64,000 nucleotides of DNA from an uncultured Gammaproteobacteria bacterium (GTDB lineage Bacteria; Pseudomonadota; Gammaproteobacteria; DRLM01). Location of the stretch: assembly GCA_963729605.1 (NCBI GenBank), contig CAVSNY010000007.1, positions 800,001 to 864,000 of the forward strand, read 5' to 3'. Below the pieces are notes generated by a model. The model saw only the letters and a list, made by a program, of their open reading frames with translations, made no database searches and had not been told where the DNA came from. Both the position numbers and the translations under genes were made by a program. Shown here in pieces: positions 9,873-19,469 of this stretch (positions are counted from its first letter, which is position 1; each line of letters starts with the position of its first letter).

Positions 9873-11311
9873 AAGCGTGCGTCCGAGACCGGTCGGTTGG
9901 CCAGCGGCGGATACCGGCCAGGCAATTCCGTTTCGGCTATGAGCAAATGCGGAAACATATCCGGATTGGCCAGATCTATGGCCGCGGCGGTGTGCGCCAG
10001 GCGATGTACCCACATCGCCCAGCCCGGCCGCTGGTGTTCGAACACGCTCACCGCGGTTTTCAGCAGCCACCAGGCGTAGCAGCCAGGCAGATTGCCGAGC
10101 CAGCCGCGCGGTACCTGACTGCGGTAACTTTCATAAACGTGCGCGGCAAACTGCCGCGCGTGGTGGTCCGGCGCCTGATAAAGGGCCTGCGCATAACACA
10201 GCCGCGCAAGCAGGCGCGAGAGATCCAGCATCGGGTCGGCGTTGGCGGCGGACTCGAGGTCGATGAATGTCACTTCACCGGCAGCGAAGAAGATATGGTC
10301 GGGCTTGAGATCGAGGTGGGCGGGCACGAAGACACCTTCGGTCCACGCCTGGCGGATGCCGTTGAGTGTGGCGGCCACCGTATCATGCAGATAAGGCAGG
10401 GCCGCGCTCAGACTGCGCGCCACTTTTTCCATGGCGGTGGTCAGGTCGATAAACGCTAGGCGGCGATTAAGTGTCGCACCGCTGAGGTGCCAGTCCGCAA
10501 GTACCGTGGCGAGCCGCACGGCCTCGCCATGATCGGCGCATTGTTGCATGAGAAGACTGAGCAGAGGTGTACCCGTCGCGGCGCGCTGGATCTCGATGCC
10601 GCCGACCGCATCATGAAACACGGTGTCCACCACCTTCTTGAACGGTGGAGCCGGCGCTGGCGCATAGCCAGGCGGCGCGACCAAGCCGGCGCTGGCGGGT
10701 GCGTAGACCTTCACATAAAACCGGCGTTCGGCCTGCTCGCCGCTTTGCTGCTCGCCGCGCACGCGTGCTCGCATGACGGCGGAGAGTCCAGCGCGCCAGC
10801 GCACCGGTTCCCAGCTAATGTCGAGCATGCGCCATTCCTCCGCGCCAAACACGGCCGCGCAGCGTGATCCGAATATGCCGGGCAGGTCCGCGGTAATTTT
10901 GCACAAGGCCGGCAGCGCGTGATCGGTCGGGAAACGGGTGACCAATATGGCGAGTTCGTCGAGGAATGCGTAGCGCGGCATGGGTATTTGTTCGTCATGC
11001 GCTGCGCCGAGCATATCCAGGCGACGCTGCCGCGACCGCAATTTTTTCTGGTCGGCGTATAAATACGCCATCAGCCATACCACCTGTTCCGCCCCATCGG
11101 CATGGCGGCGCAAGTTGATTTCGTAATGCAGGATGCAGCGAGTCGCGCGGCGGTAGCGCAGTCGTTCGAGCCGGCAGGCTGTGAGCCGCCACTCTTCCGG
11201 CGCGCTCAGCAGCCCTTCGAAGTAACGCGCCATGCGCTGGGCATCGACGGCAACCGCGAGACTCGGAAACAGCGGGTCGTCGAGATAGAAAAGCGCGGTG
11301 GTGTTTTTCAT
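9869..11311 (-). CDS. Second APH-fold phosphotransferase with N-terminal extension
   Basis: FYVKVY, AHLDLKPDHI, FIDLE, ADPMLDL; FPTDHALPAL motif. Confidence 0.8.
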   Translation of the reverse strand: MKNTTALFYLDDPLFPSLAVAVDAQRMARYFEGLLSAPEEWRLTACRLERLRYRRATRCILHYEINLRRHADGAEQVVWLMAYLYADQKKLRSRQRRLDMLGAAHDEQIPMPRYAFLDELAILVTRFPTDHALPALCKITADLPGIFGSRCAAVFGAEEWRMLDISWEPVRWRAGLSAVMRARVRGEQQSGEQAERRFYVKVYAPASAGLVAPPGYAPAPAPPFKKVVDTVFHDAVGGIEIQRAATGTPLLSLLMQQCADHGEAVRLATVLADWHLSGATLNRRLAFIDLTTAMEKVARSLSAALPYLHDTVAATLNGIRQAWTEGVFVPAHLDLKPDHIFFAAGEVTFIDLESAANADPMLDLSRLLARLCYAQALYQAPDHHARQFAAHVYESYRSQVPRGWLGNLPGCYAWWLLKTAVSVFEHQRPGWAMWVHRLAHTAAAIDLANPDMFPHLLIAETELPGRYPPLANRPVSDARL

Positions 11312-13158
11312 TAGGCCACCGCCCCACGCGCCAAGGTTTGCTCATCGGCCGGCGACGGTTCGCTCTGCCATAACTTGCGGTAAGCTCCATGGCCGCGCAA
11401 CAGCTCGTCATGGCCGCCCACCGCGACGACACGGCCTCGCTCCAGCCATATCACGCGGTCGGCGGCGGCGGCGCTGCCTGCGTCATGGGTAATGTGCAAG
11501 GTGCTGCGGCCCTTGCGCAGTCGTTCGAGCGCTTTGCGCACCAGGCTGCGGCTCTGCGCGTCGAGGCCCGCCAGCGGTTCGTCGAGGATTAAGATGGGCG
11601 CATCGCGTACGACCGCCCGCGCGATGGCGATACGCTGGCGCTGGCCGCCGGACAAGGTTTTGCCGCGCTCGCCGGCTGGTGTGTCGAAGCCCTGCTCCAA
11701 TTGCTCGATGAACCCGCGCGCGTCGGCGAACTCCGCCGCGCGCAGGATCGCCGCGTCGTCGGCATCGAGGCGGCCATAAGCGATGTTGTCGCGCAGACTG
11801 CCCTCGAACAACACGGCCTCCTGTGGCACGACGGCGATCTGGTCGCGCAGAGAATTTAGCGTGTAATCGCGGAGGTCGCGGCCGTCGACCAGCACGCGGC
11901 CGACCGTAGGGTCATAGAAACGCAGCAGCAGATGGGCCAAGGTCGATTTGCCGGCGCCGCTCGCACCGACCACCGCGACGTGTTCACCGGGCGCGATGAC
12001 AAGGCTGACGCCGTCCAATATTATGCCGCCGCGCGCATACGCGAAACCTACTTCTTCGAAACGGATTTCGCCGCTCAGCCGCGGCGCGGTGACAGCGTGG
12101 GGGAGATCACGGATCTCGGGTTCGGTCTCGAGCACCTGGATCACACGCTCGGTACAGACGCCGACGCTCGCGAGTTTGGTGGTAATGTCCGCCATCTTCT
12201 GTATCGGTTTGTGCATTGAGCGCAGATAAGCGACGAAGATCAGCAGATCGCCGGCGGTGATTGCGCCGCTCTGCACCCGCGTCACGCCGAACCACAACAC
12301 AGCGCAGGTACCGATACCGAGGATAACCTCGACGATACGCGTGAGCCGCGCCTCGAGCCGCGCGGCCTTGAGGCCGGCTTCGAGATTCTGCTGCTCGTGA
12401 TCGACATAGCGCGCCTCTTCATGAGATTCGCGCGTAAAGGCTTGCACAAGCTTGATGGCCCCGATGCGTTCGTTGAGCCGGCTCGCCAGCCGGCTCTCCT
12501 GATCGCGCTGGCGGCGATTGACGCTGCGGATCCGCCGCGCGAACAGTTTGCCGCAGACCGCGAGCAGCGGCAGCACGGCCATCGCCACCAGGGCGAGTTG
12601 CCAGTCCAGCCATAACATGATAGCCAGCATGCCGAACAGGAATAGACCGCGTTCGCCGAGGGTCACTATGGTTGAGACTAACAATTCACGCAGAGTGCGA
12701 ATGTCGGCGGTGAGGCGCAGCAATAAATCACCTGACTGATTCTGGTCGTGGAAGGAATGTGAAAGGCGCTGGATGTGGGTATAAAGCTGGCGACGTATAG
12801 CTGCCACCACCCGTTGGCCCACGCTCTTGAAAATATAGGTGTGGCCGAAGCCGAGTACGCTCGCCAAGGCAACGATCACCAATATCGAAAGCGCGATCAC
12901 TGCGAGCAGCAAATCATTGCGGCCCGCCAGTTGCGGAAACCATTGCAGCAGCCAGACATCAGGTACCGGCATCAGCAGAGTGTCGAAAACCAGCTTGAGC
13001 GGCCAGGGCTTGAGCAGTTGCAGCATCGCCACCGCGGCGAGACAAAAACCACCTACGGCGAGCAGCCGCCAATAGGGGCGGAAGTAGCGGCCGAAGTGGT
13101 GTCTGGCTTTGCGTAACAGGATCAGCCGGGTGGGTGGTTCTGCCGGCACGATGTTCAT
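11311..13158 (-). CDS. ABC transporter, fused permease/ATPase (MsbA-like exporter)
   Basis: TM N-half; Walker A GASGAGKST, LSGGQRQR, ILILDE. Confidence 0.95.
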   Translation of the reverse strand: MNIVPAEPPTRLILLRKARHHFGRYFRPYWRLLAVGGFCLAAVAMLQLLKPWPLKLVFDTLLMPVPDVWLLQWFPQLAGRNDLLLAVIALSILVIVALASVLGFGHTYIFKSVGQRVVAAIRRQLYTHIQRLSHSFHDQNQSGDLLLRLTADIRTLRELLVSTIVTLGERGLFLFGMLAIMLWLDWQLALVAMAVLPLLAVCGKLFARRIRSVNRRQRDQESRLASRLNERIGAIKLVQAFTRESHEEARYVDHEQQNLEAGLKAARLEARLTRIVEVILGIGTCAVLWFGVTRVQSGAITAGDLLIFVAYLRSMHKPIQKMADITTKLASVGVCTERVIQVLETEPEIRDLPHAVTAPRLSGEIRFEEVGFAYARGGIILDGVSLVIAPGEHVAVVGASGAGKSTLAHLLLRFYDPTVGRVLVDGRDLRDYTLNSLRDQIAVVPQEAVLFEGSLRDNIAYGRLDADDAAILRAAEFADARGFIEQLEQGFDTPAGERGKTLSGGQRQRIAIARAVVRDAPILILDEPLAGLDAQSRSLVRKALERLRKGRSTLHITHDAGSAAAADRVIWLERGRVVAVGGHDELLRGHGAYRKLWQSEPSPADEQTLARGAVA

Positions 13159-14468
13159 GACGCTACCCGCAGTGACGGCATTGCCGTGCGACGCGGTATT
13201 TGCAGATGTGCCGCGGCAAATTCGCCGATGCGCTGCAAGCCGTGCATGTCAATTAAGCGCCGCGCATGGCTGGTTGCGCCGGCTGGGAGCGCAGCCATCC
13301 AGGCGCCCAGATTGTGAGCGGTGAGCTGGTCGGGATGCAGCATGTCGATGACGCCGAGTGCATGTAGTCGTTCTGCGCGAATGAGCTGCTCGCGCCGCGG
13401 TACGACGCGCGGCACCACCAGCGCGGGTTTTTCAAAAGACAAGACTTCACCCACCGTGTTATAGCCGCCCATGGTGATGACGAAAGCGGCGTCGCGCAGC
13501 AGCCCGGCCGGCTCGCTGATGAACTCGATCACTTGCAACGCCGGTCGTGTTGCGGCGATAGCGTGCAACCGTTCGCGGCTGGCCGTCTCCATGTAGGGAC
13601 CAGTGATGAGAATTGCGCTGGTAGCGTCGGGATAAGACGCTTGCGCGAAGGCGAGCGCGAGCGCTGCGCCGTCCTGGCCGCCACCCACCAGGCACAGCCC
13701 GTAGCGGCCTTGCGGTTTGATTTTCTCATGGCTTTCGCCGCCGTCGCGCGCCGGGTTTAGCAGGCGCGCACGCTGGTCGAGATAACCGGTGAAGCGGAAT
13801 TTGGCCGCGATGTCGTCGGGCAGGCAGTATTCGCTGCGCGGATCGTAGACGCGGGAATCGCCGTAAACCCAAACCTCGTGATAATAATTGCGCAACGCCT
13901 CGTAGCAATGCGCCCGTTCCCACTCGCGCCGCACGGCGGCGGGCTCATCGCGGATGTCGCGCATGCCGAGCACGCAGCGGGTACCGCCGTTATCGCGCAA
14001 ATAGCGCAGAGCCTGATCGAGTTCACCATTGATGCCGCGCACTACATTGTCGATGATCAGCAGATCCGGGCGGAAAGATTTGACGGTGGTGAGCACCATC
14101 TGCGAACGCAGCGCGACGATTTCACCAAGCGGCAACGAAAGGTGACGCGCGCCGTAAGCACCATCGGCATTTTTACTCAGTGCCGGCAGCACCACCACGT
14201 CGCAACCGCGCGGCAGTTGGAAACGACCCGCTTCACGCGCGCCGGTGATTAGCAGCACGTCGGCCGCGAGGTCGCCCGAGGACAATGCCTGCGCCAGCAA
14301 AATATTGCGGCGGATATGTCCCAGTCCCATGGTGTCGTGTGAATAAAGCAGGATGCGGGGTTTGCTGCGCTGATCGCGTGGTCGCTGCCATTCATGTAGT
14401 CCGCATTGCGCCACGGCGGAAACAGGTTTGGTCAACAGGCTGAGCCAATCATCGCTATTCTTATACAT
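13155..14468 (-). CDS. Predicted GT-B glycosyltransferase (COG4671-like, GT28 C-terminal domain)
   Basis: ILLYSHDTMGLGHIRRN, LGMRDIRD, VGGGQDG, MGGYNT..E, VPR...EQLIRA; ATG 14468 has an AAGGA RBS. Confidence 0.85.
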   Translation of the reverse strand: MYKNSDDWLSLLTKPVSAVAQCGLHEWQRPRDQRSKPRILLYSHDTMGLGHIRRNILLAQALSSGDLAADVLLITGAREAGRFQLPRGCDVVVLPALSKNADGAYGARHLSLPLGEIVALRSQMVLTTVKSFRPDLLIIDNVVRGINGELDQALRYLRDNGGTRCVLGMRDIRDEPAAVRREWERAHCYEALRNYYHEVWVYGDSRVYDPRSEYCLPDDIAAKFRFTGYLDQRARLLNPARDGGESHEKIKPQGRYGLCLVGGGQDGAALALAFAQASYPDATSAILITGPYMETASRERLHAIAATRPALQVIEFISEPAGLLRDAAFVITMGGYNTVGEVLSFEKPALVVPRVVPRREQLIRAERLHALGVIDMLHPDQLTAHNLGAWMAALPAGATSHARRLIDMHGLQRIGEFAAAHLQIPRRTAMPSLRVAS

Positions 14469-14513
14469 CCCGAGCTTTCCTTGTTGGATGAATTTGATGG
14501 GACGAAGTGACAG

Positions 14514-14530
14514 AGCAGAGACCATGCCAG
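14514..14530 (-). promoter_or_regulatory. Sigma54 (-24/-12) promoter for the glycosyltransferase operon
   Basis: Minus strand CTGGCATGGTCTCTGCT = GG-N10-GC, ~45 nt upstream of ATG 14468; adjacent sigma54 activator gene. Confidence 0.75.
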
Positions 14531-14613
14531 GGTCGGCGATGCACCCGGCTTTTTGAAATTCTTGAATTTTTCTGGGTGGAGGCAATAACGCGCGCGCAAT
14601 CGCCCATGAAGAC

Positions 14614-14650
14614 GGGTGATATGCCCCACCCAATTGGGGTGACTACACCC
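14614..14650. promoter_or_regulatory. Candidate tandem upstream activator sites
   Basis: GGGTGATATGCCCC (14614-14627) and GGGTGACTACACCC (14637-14650), 23 bp apart, ~85-120 bp upstream of the sigma54 motif. Confidence 0.55.
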
Positions 14651-14683
14651 AGTTCAGCAATTACCCGCGAGATACAAAACCAG

Positions 14684-15061
14684 TTACGGCAGGCGTTGGT
14701 TCGATAGCGCGTAGCTGATCGTCTGCGCCAGCGTGGGTAACGGAAAAGGTTTGATCAGGCAGGCGGCGGCACCGGCGCGCTGCAGCTCGTATTCGCAACG
14801 TAACGAGCTGTCGGCGGTGATGGCGATAACGGTGATGCCGCGCACCGCGAAGTTTCGCACTAAGCTGAGACCGCTGGCGTCAGGTAATTGCATATCGACC
14901 AGCAACAGGCGGGGAGTGTGGCGAGCGAGCACGCGCTGCGCTTCGGCCGCGGTCGCGACGGTGATGATGCCGAGTCCGCGCCGCGTCAAGTAACGCTGCA
15001 CCACTTTGCGTAAGATACAGTTGTCGTCAATCATGAGGATGTCGGTATTGTGCATGTGCAT
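14684..15061 (-). CDS. Single-domain response regulator (CheY-like receiver)
   Basis: ILMIDD, LLLVDMQLPDASG, ITA, LIKPF; start uncertain (15055-15118). Confidence 0.85.
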   Translation of the reverse strand: MHMHNTDILMIDDNCILRKVVQRYLTRRGLGIITVATAAEAQRVLARHTPRLLLVDMQLPDASGLSLVRNFAVRGITVIAITADSSLRCEYELQRAGAAACLIKPFPLPTLAQTISYALSNQRLP

Positions 15062-15188
15062 AACCCGTCGGATTTCTGCCTCAGGAAGCAGGCCACCGCT
15101 CACACAAGTGTCAATCATTCATGCCCAGCTAGATTTTTTAACGAATGGATTGCTGTTGCGTAACCCGCGGGTGAAATGGCCGCATCGG

Positions 15189-16604
15189 TCAATTGACCGC
15201 ATTGATACCGTATTTTTCCATGCGGTAGCGCAGCGTGTCGCGTGTGAGGCCTAGCAGTTCGGCGGCGCGTGTGACGTTGCCGTGGGTGCGTTGCAATGCC
15301 TCTATCAGCAGGCGCTTTTCCATTTCGCCGAGGTTGAGAGTCCCGGCGGCCGGTGCGGATTGGTCAGTTGCGGTAGTGGACGAGGGCGCGATGAATTGGG
15401 TCGGCAGCCCGCTGTCGATCGGTAGTTGCGCGATGTCGATTTCCGCGCCCGAAGTCATGAGCACCAGCTGTTCCATCATGTTGCGCAGTTCACGCACGTT
15501 GCCGGGCCAGCTATAAGCACGTAATGCGCGTTGCGCGGCTGCGCTGAGCCGCATTGGCGGTTTGCGGTAACGGCCGGCATGTTCCTGAAGCATGTGCTCG
15601 GCCAAAGTGATAATGTCGTCGCCGCGCTCACGCAGAGGCGGCAACCGGATTTGCACGACTCGTAGCCGAAAATAAAGATCCGCACGGAATTTGCCTTGCG
15701 CCACCAGTTGTTCGAGCTGGCAATTGGTAGCGGCGATGATGCGGGCGTCGACCTGTTTGTCACGCAGACCGCCGAGCCGTCGCACGCTGCGGCTTTCGAG
15801 CAGCTTGAGCAGTTTGGTTTGCAGGACGGGTTCCATGTCGCCGATTTCGTCGAGGAACAGCGTGCCGCCGTCGGCGGCCTCGACCAGCCCCATCTTGCGT
15901 TCGCGTGCGTCAGTGAAAGCACCGCGTTCGTAACCGAACAGCTCGGCTTCCAACAGGTGGGCCGGAATGGCGGAGCAGTTGACCTCGATGAATGCGCCGC
16001 CGCGGCGTGGCCCGTCGAAATGGAAGGCGCGCGCGACCAGTTCCTTACCGGTGCCGGTCTCGCCGGTGATCAGTATCGAGGCCGGCACGCCGTCGGTGAG
16101 ATCACGTTCGGCCTCGAGCAACCGGGTGATCTGCCGCTTGAGCGCGAGCATGGGCGGCGATTCGCCGCGCAGTTTGGCCAGGCCGCTGCTTTCGGCCTGT
16201 TTATGCCGGTAATAATCGAGCGCGCCCTCCAACCTTTCGTGGCGGGCGACTTTCTCGAGCATGAGCCTGAGCTCCTTGAGCTCCACCGGTTTGGTGAGAT
16301 AGTCGTAGGCGCCGGCTTTCATCGCCTGCACCGCGATCTGGATGTTGCCTTCGCCCGTGATGATGACGATGCGCACGCCGTTGTCGATGCGGCGGATGCG
16401 GCCGATGAGTTCGACGCCGTCGCTGTCGGGCAGGCGGTAGTCGAGCAGGATGACGTCGGGCTTGAAGTCTTCGAGTTCGGCGAGCGCGGCCTTGCCGGAA
16501 TTCGCGGTGTGGACGTCGAAGCCGGCGTTTTGCAGAAAAAGCCGCATGTTCTTGGCAAGGGTCGGCTCGTCTTCGATGATGAGGATAGCCGGTAACGAAC
16601 TCAT
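15189..16604 (-). CDS. Sigma54-dependent response regulator (NtrC family)
   Basis: Receiver (IIEDE, LDYRLPD, KP); AAA+ GETGTGKE, ELFGYERGAFTDA, LFLDEIG, WPGNVRELRN; Fis HTH; ATGA overlap with the kinase. Confidence 0.96.
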   Translation of the reverse strand: MSSLPAILIIEDEPTLAKNMRLFLQNAGFDVHTANSGKAALAELEDFKPDVILLDYRLPDSDGVELIGRIRRIDNGVRIVIITGEGNIQIAVQAMKAGAYDYLTKPVELKELRLMLEKVARHERLEGALDYYRHKQAESSGLAKLRGESPPMLALKRQITRLLEAERDLTDGVPASILITGETGTGKELVARAFHFDGPRRGGAFIEVNCSAIPAHLLEAELFGYERGAFTDARERKMGLVEAADGGTLFLDEIGDMEPVLQTKLLKLLESRSVRRLGGLRDKQVDARIIAATNCQLEQLVAQGKFRADLYFRLRVVQIRLPPLRERGDDIITLAEHMLQEHAGRYRKPPMRLSAAAQRALRAYSWPGNVRELRNMMEQLVLMTSGAEIDIAQLPIDSGLPTQFIAPSSTTATDQSAPAAGTLNLGEMEKRLLIEALQRTHGNVTRAAELLGLTRDTLRYRMEKYGINAVN

Positions 16605-17995
16605 GGACGTGCCTCCGTTGGGAAACGCAGGTGCACGGTGGTGCCCTTGCCGATGTCGCTGATAATGGTAATGTGAGCGCCGTGACGGTCGGCGATGCGT
16701 TTGACCAGCGCCATGCCGATGCCGAGGCCACCGCGTTTGGTCGTGGAACGCATCTCGAAGATCTGGTCGAGCCGTTCGCGGGGGATGCCGTATCCGCTGT
16801 CGCTGATCGAAATCTGCACGGCGCGGCCAGCGTCGGTGCGCGCGCCGCGCACCGTAAGCCGGCCGCCCTCCGGCATGGCTTCGAAGGCGTTGGCGAACAG
16901 GCTGTTGAACATCTGCGTAAGCAGCCGTACATCGCCGTTGATCTCGGCCAGAGCTTCGAACTCGGTGTCGAGTTGCACGCCCTGGCGCTGCATGCAGCGG
17001 CTGAAGCCGCTTAAACATTCTTCGAGCACGGCTTTGAGCTGCGCCGGCTGGAAATCGCCCGCGCCCGGTTGCGAGAAGATCAACAGTTCACGCACCCATT
17101 GCGCCAGGCGATCGGTCTCGGCGATGACGTCTTCGGCGATCTCACGGGCGCCGGCATCGGCGGAGGTTTCCAGCGAGAGCTCGGCGCTGGAACGAATCGC
17201 GGCGAGGGGGTTGCGGATGCTGTGGGCGACCGCCGAGGCCATCTCACCGACCGCCGCCATAGTTTCGGTCTCGACGAGTTTTTCATGCTGATGATGGATG
17301 AGTCGGTTGGCGCGGAATACGATCCAGAACAGTGAAATGTATAACAGCAGACCCGCCAGCACCGCACCCGTCCAGACCAGCTTGCGGCCCTCTTCGATAG
17401 TGTCGAACAAGTCCGTCGGCGATCTATAGATCTCAACCACGCCGATTACGCGGCGGTGGTCGCGATCCCAGATCGGGAGATAATTTTCGACCGCATGGTT
17501 GTTGGCGTCGAATTGTATGTGCTCGGCCTTAATTCCCTCGTTGAGCTTCTGGACTTCGAAAACCAGCTGGCCGCGCAGGGCCCGGTCCAATTCATGGTTA
17601 TCGCTGAATCGCTTGCCGACGAGCTCGCGGCTGGTCGACCAAGCCACGCGCCATTCCGGCGTGTAGAAATTGACACGCAGCACGTCAGGCATGGCGGCGA
17701 TGTAACTGAGGTCGAAGGGATTGACGGGGTTCAGATCGACAGGCGGGACGACGGACAGATTGAGATCACCTTTGGTATTGAAGATGCTCTGCAGAAAATG
17801 CTGTAAATCCGCGGCATCGCGTGCGAGTAGATTCTTGGCGAGAAAGTCGCTGATGAAGGTGGCGGAAATCGCTCCGCTGGTGAAAATCACTACGAAGCTC
17901 AGCAGGGCGAATGATCTCAGCAGATTAAAATGCCTGCCCGCGAGACCGCTGCCAGCGCTCCCATCGTGGCTATGGGAGAGTACGTCTGCCGTCAC
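16601..17995 (-). CDS. Membrane sensor histidine kinase
   Basis: Two TM helices with a periplasmic domain; H-box VAHSIRNPL, N-box NAFEAM, DSGYGI, GLGIGM; AAGGAG RBS before GTG. Confidence 0.95.
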   Translation of the reverse strand: MTADVLSHSHDGSAGSGLAGRHFNLLRSFALLSFVVIFTSGAISATFISDFLAKNLLARDAADLQHFLQSIFNTKGDLNLSVVPPVDLNPVNPFDLSYIAAMPDVLRVNFYTPEWRVAWSTSRELVGKRFSDNHELDRALRGQLVFEVQKLNEGIKAEHIQFDANNHAVENYLPIWDRDHRRVIGVVEIYRSPTDLFDTIEEGRKLVWTGAVLAGLLLYISLFWIVFRANRLIHHQHEKLVETETMAAVGEMASAVAHSIRNPLAAIRSSAELSLETSADAGAREIAEDVIAETDRLAQWVRELLIFSQPGAGDFQPAQLKAVLEECLSGFSRCMQRQGVQLDTEFEALAEINGDVRLLTQMFNSLFANAFEAMPEGGRLTVRGARTDAGRAVQISISDSGYGIPRERLDQIFEMRSTTKRGGLGIGMALVKRIADRHGAHITIISDIGKGTTVHLRFPTEARP

Positions 17996-18161
17996 GGATT
18001 ATTCTCCTTAATTCTGTGCTAGACCAAGCTGCCGCCCACAAGAGCCACCGCCCGGGGTCCTTGCAGGCATCACGTGTATTTCATTGTATGGCATAGTAGA
18101 GACGATTCCAGTTGATTCTTGCATACTTCCCAGAGCACGGTTGATATATTAGGAATCCGGA

Positions 18162-19067
18162 ATGCTTAGATGCGGAATCGATCTCGGCGGCACCAAAATA
18201 GAAGGCATCGCCTTGGACGAACGAGGTGCGGTGTCAGCGCGCAAACGCATCGCCACGCCGAGCGGCGATTATCGGGCGACGCTCGCTGCCATCGCCGACT
18301 TGGTGGCGGAGTTGGAGCGAGGCGCGGGCGAGCGGGCCACACTGGGCATCGGCACACCGGGGGCCTTGTCGCGGGCCAACGGTCTTTTGAAAAATTCCAA
18401 CTCGGTGTGTTTGAACGGCCGGCCCTTGGATAAAGATTTGTCCGCGTTATTGAACAGGCCGTTGCGGATCGCCAATGACGCCGATTGTTTCGCGCTGTCG
18501 GAGGTGGTGGACGGCGCCGCCGCCGGCGCGGCGGTGGTGTTCGGCGTGATCCTCGGTACCGGGGTCGGCGGCGGCGTGGTGGTGCACGGCCGGTTGTTGC
18601 AGGGTCCCAACGGCATCGCCGGGGAATGGGGCCACAATCCCTTGCCCTGGCCGCGCGACGATGAGCGTCCCGGTCCGGCCTGTTATTGCGGTAAATACGG
18701 TTGTATCGAAACCTGGTTGTCCGGGCCGGGTCTGGCGCGCGATTTCGCCGCGGTGAGCGGGCGGTCGCTCACCGCCGAGCAGATCGCGCAACTCGCCGCG
18801 GAGGGCGATGCGGCTTGCGCCGCCGCGCTGGCGCGTTATGAAGACCGCTTGGCGCGGGCCTTGGCGAGCGTGATCAATATTCTCGATCCGGAGGTGATAG
18901 TCCTGGGCGGCGGGCTTTCAAAGCTGAAGGGTCTTTATCAAAACGTGCCCGCATTATGGGGGCGCTATGTATTTTCCGACCGGGTCGATACCCGTCTGGT
19001 GCCGGCGCAACATGGCGACGCCAGCGGCGTGCGCGGCGCGGCGTGGCTGTGGGAGAACGGGTCGTGA
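18162..19067 (+). CDS. mak: ROK family sugar kinase (fructokinase Mak-like)
   Basis: GIDLGGTK, NDADCFALSE, GTGVGGG, GEWGH, CYCGKYGCIE, HGDASGVRGAA. Confidence 0.9.
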   Translation: MLRCGIDLGGTKIEGIALDERGAVSARKRIATPSGDYRATLAAIADLVAELERGAGERATLGIGTPGALSRANGLLKNSNSVCLNGRPLDKDLSALLNRPLRIANDADCFALSEVVDGAAAGAAVVFGVILGTGVGGGVVVHGRLLQGPNGIAGEWGHNPLPWPRDDERPGPACYCGKYGCIETWLSGPGLARDFAAVSGRSLTAEQIAQLAAEGDAACAAALARYEDRLARALASVINILDPEVIVLGGGLSKLKGLYQNVPALWGRYVFSDRVDTRLVPAQHGDASGVRGAAWLWENGS

Positions 19068-19462
19068 AATTTCGTGGGGCGCGGCGGCCGCTGCGCTGGT
19101 TCGATCTGTGGCGTGGTTTAGGGTGGTCGATGATCGCCGCGGTGCTGTATCTCTCTTTGATGCCCAATCCGCCCAGCCTCGATGTCAGCGCCGGCGACAA
19201 ATGGAGTCACGCGGCGGGTTATGCCGGATTGATGCTGTGGTTCGCGCAACTTTACGCGCGGCCGCTGCACTGGCGTTTGGCGGCGGGGCTGATCGGCCTG
19301 GGCGTGTCGATCGAATTCGCTCAAGGCATGACCGATTACCGCAGCTTCGAATACCTCGATATGCTGGCCGACGCGAGTGGCGTGTTCATAGGCTGGTGGC
19401 TGGGCGGCACGAGATTCGGCGCAATATTGCAACGCGCCGAGCGTCTGGTCCTCGCGCGATAA
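19064..19462 (+). CDS. VanZ-like small membrane protein
   Basis: LSLMP, DKWSH...Y, IEFAQ....R..E..DMLAD; GTGA overlap with the upstream gene. Confidence 0.85.
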   Translation: MKFRGARRPLRWFDLWRGLGWSMIAAVLYLSLMPNPPSLDVSAGDKWSHAAGYAGLMLWFAQLYARPLHWRLAAGLIGLGVSIEFAQGMTDYRSFEYLDMLADASGVFIGWWLGGTRFGAILQRAERLVLAR

Positions 19463-19469
19463 CATTTAA

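Noticed and set aside
6521-11311. Aminoglycoside-resistance interpretation of the APH-fold genes
   Set aside because: Both are translationally coupled inside a glycosyltransferase operon; fold alone does not imply resistance
15189-17018. Extended N-termini in the ORF track (e.g. 609-aa activator, 408-aa BtuF, 395-aa RuvX, 466-aa TonB, 344-aa NusG-II)
   Set aside because: Extensions overlap upstream genes and lack domain features; internal ATGs coupled to upstream stops are the better starts
19064-19462. Glycopeptide-resistance locus
   Set aside because: VanZ-like proteins are widespread and no vanHAX/vanRS genes are present
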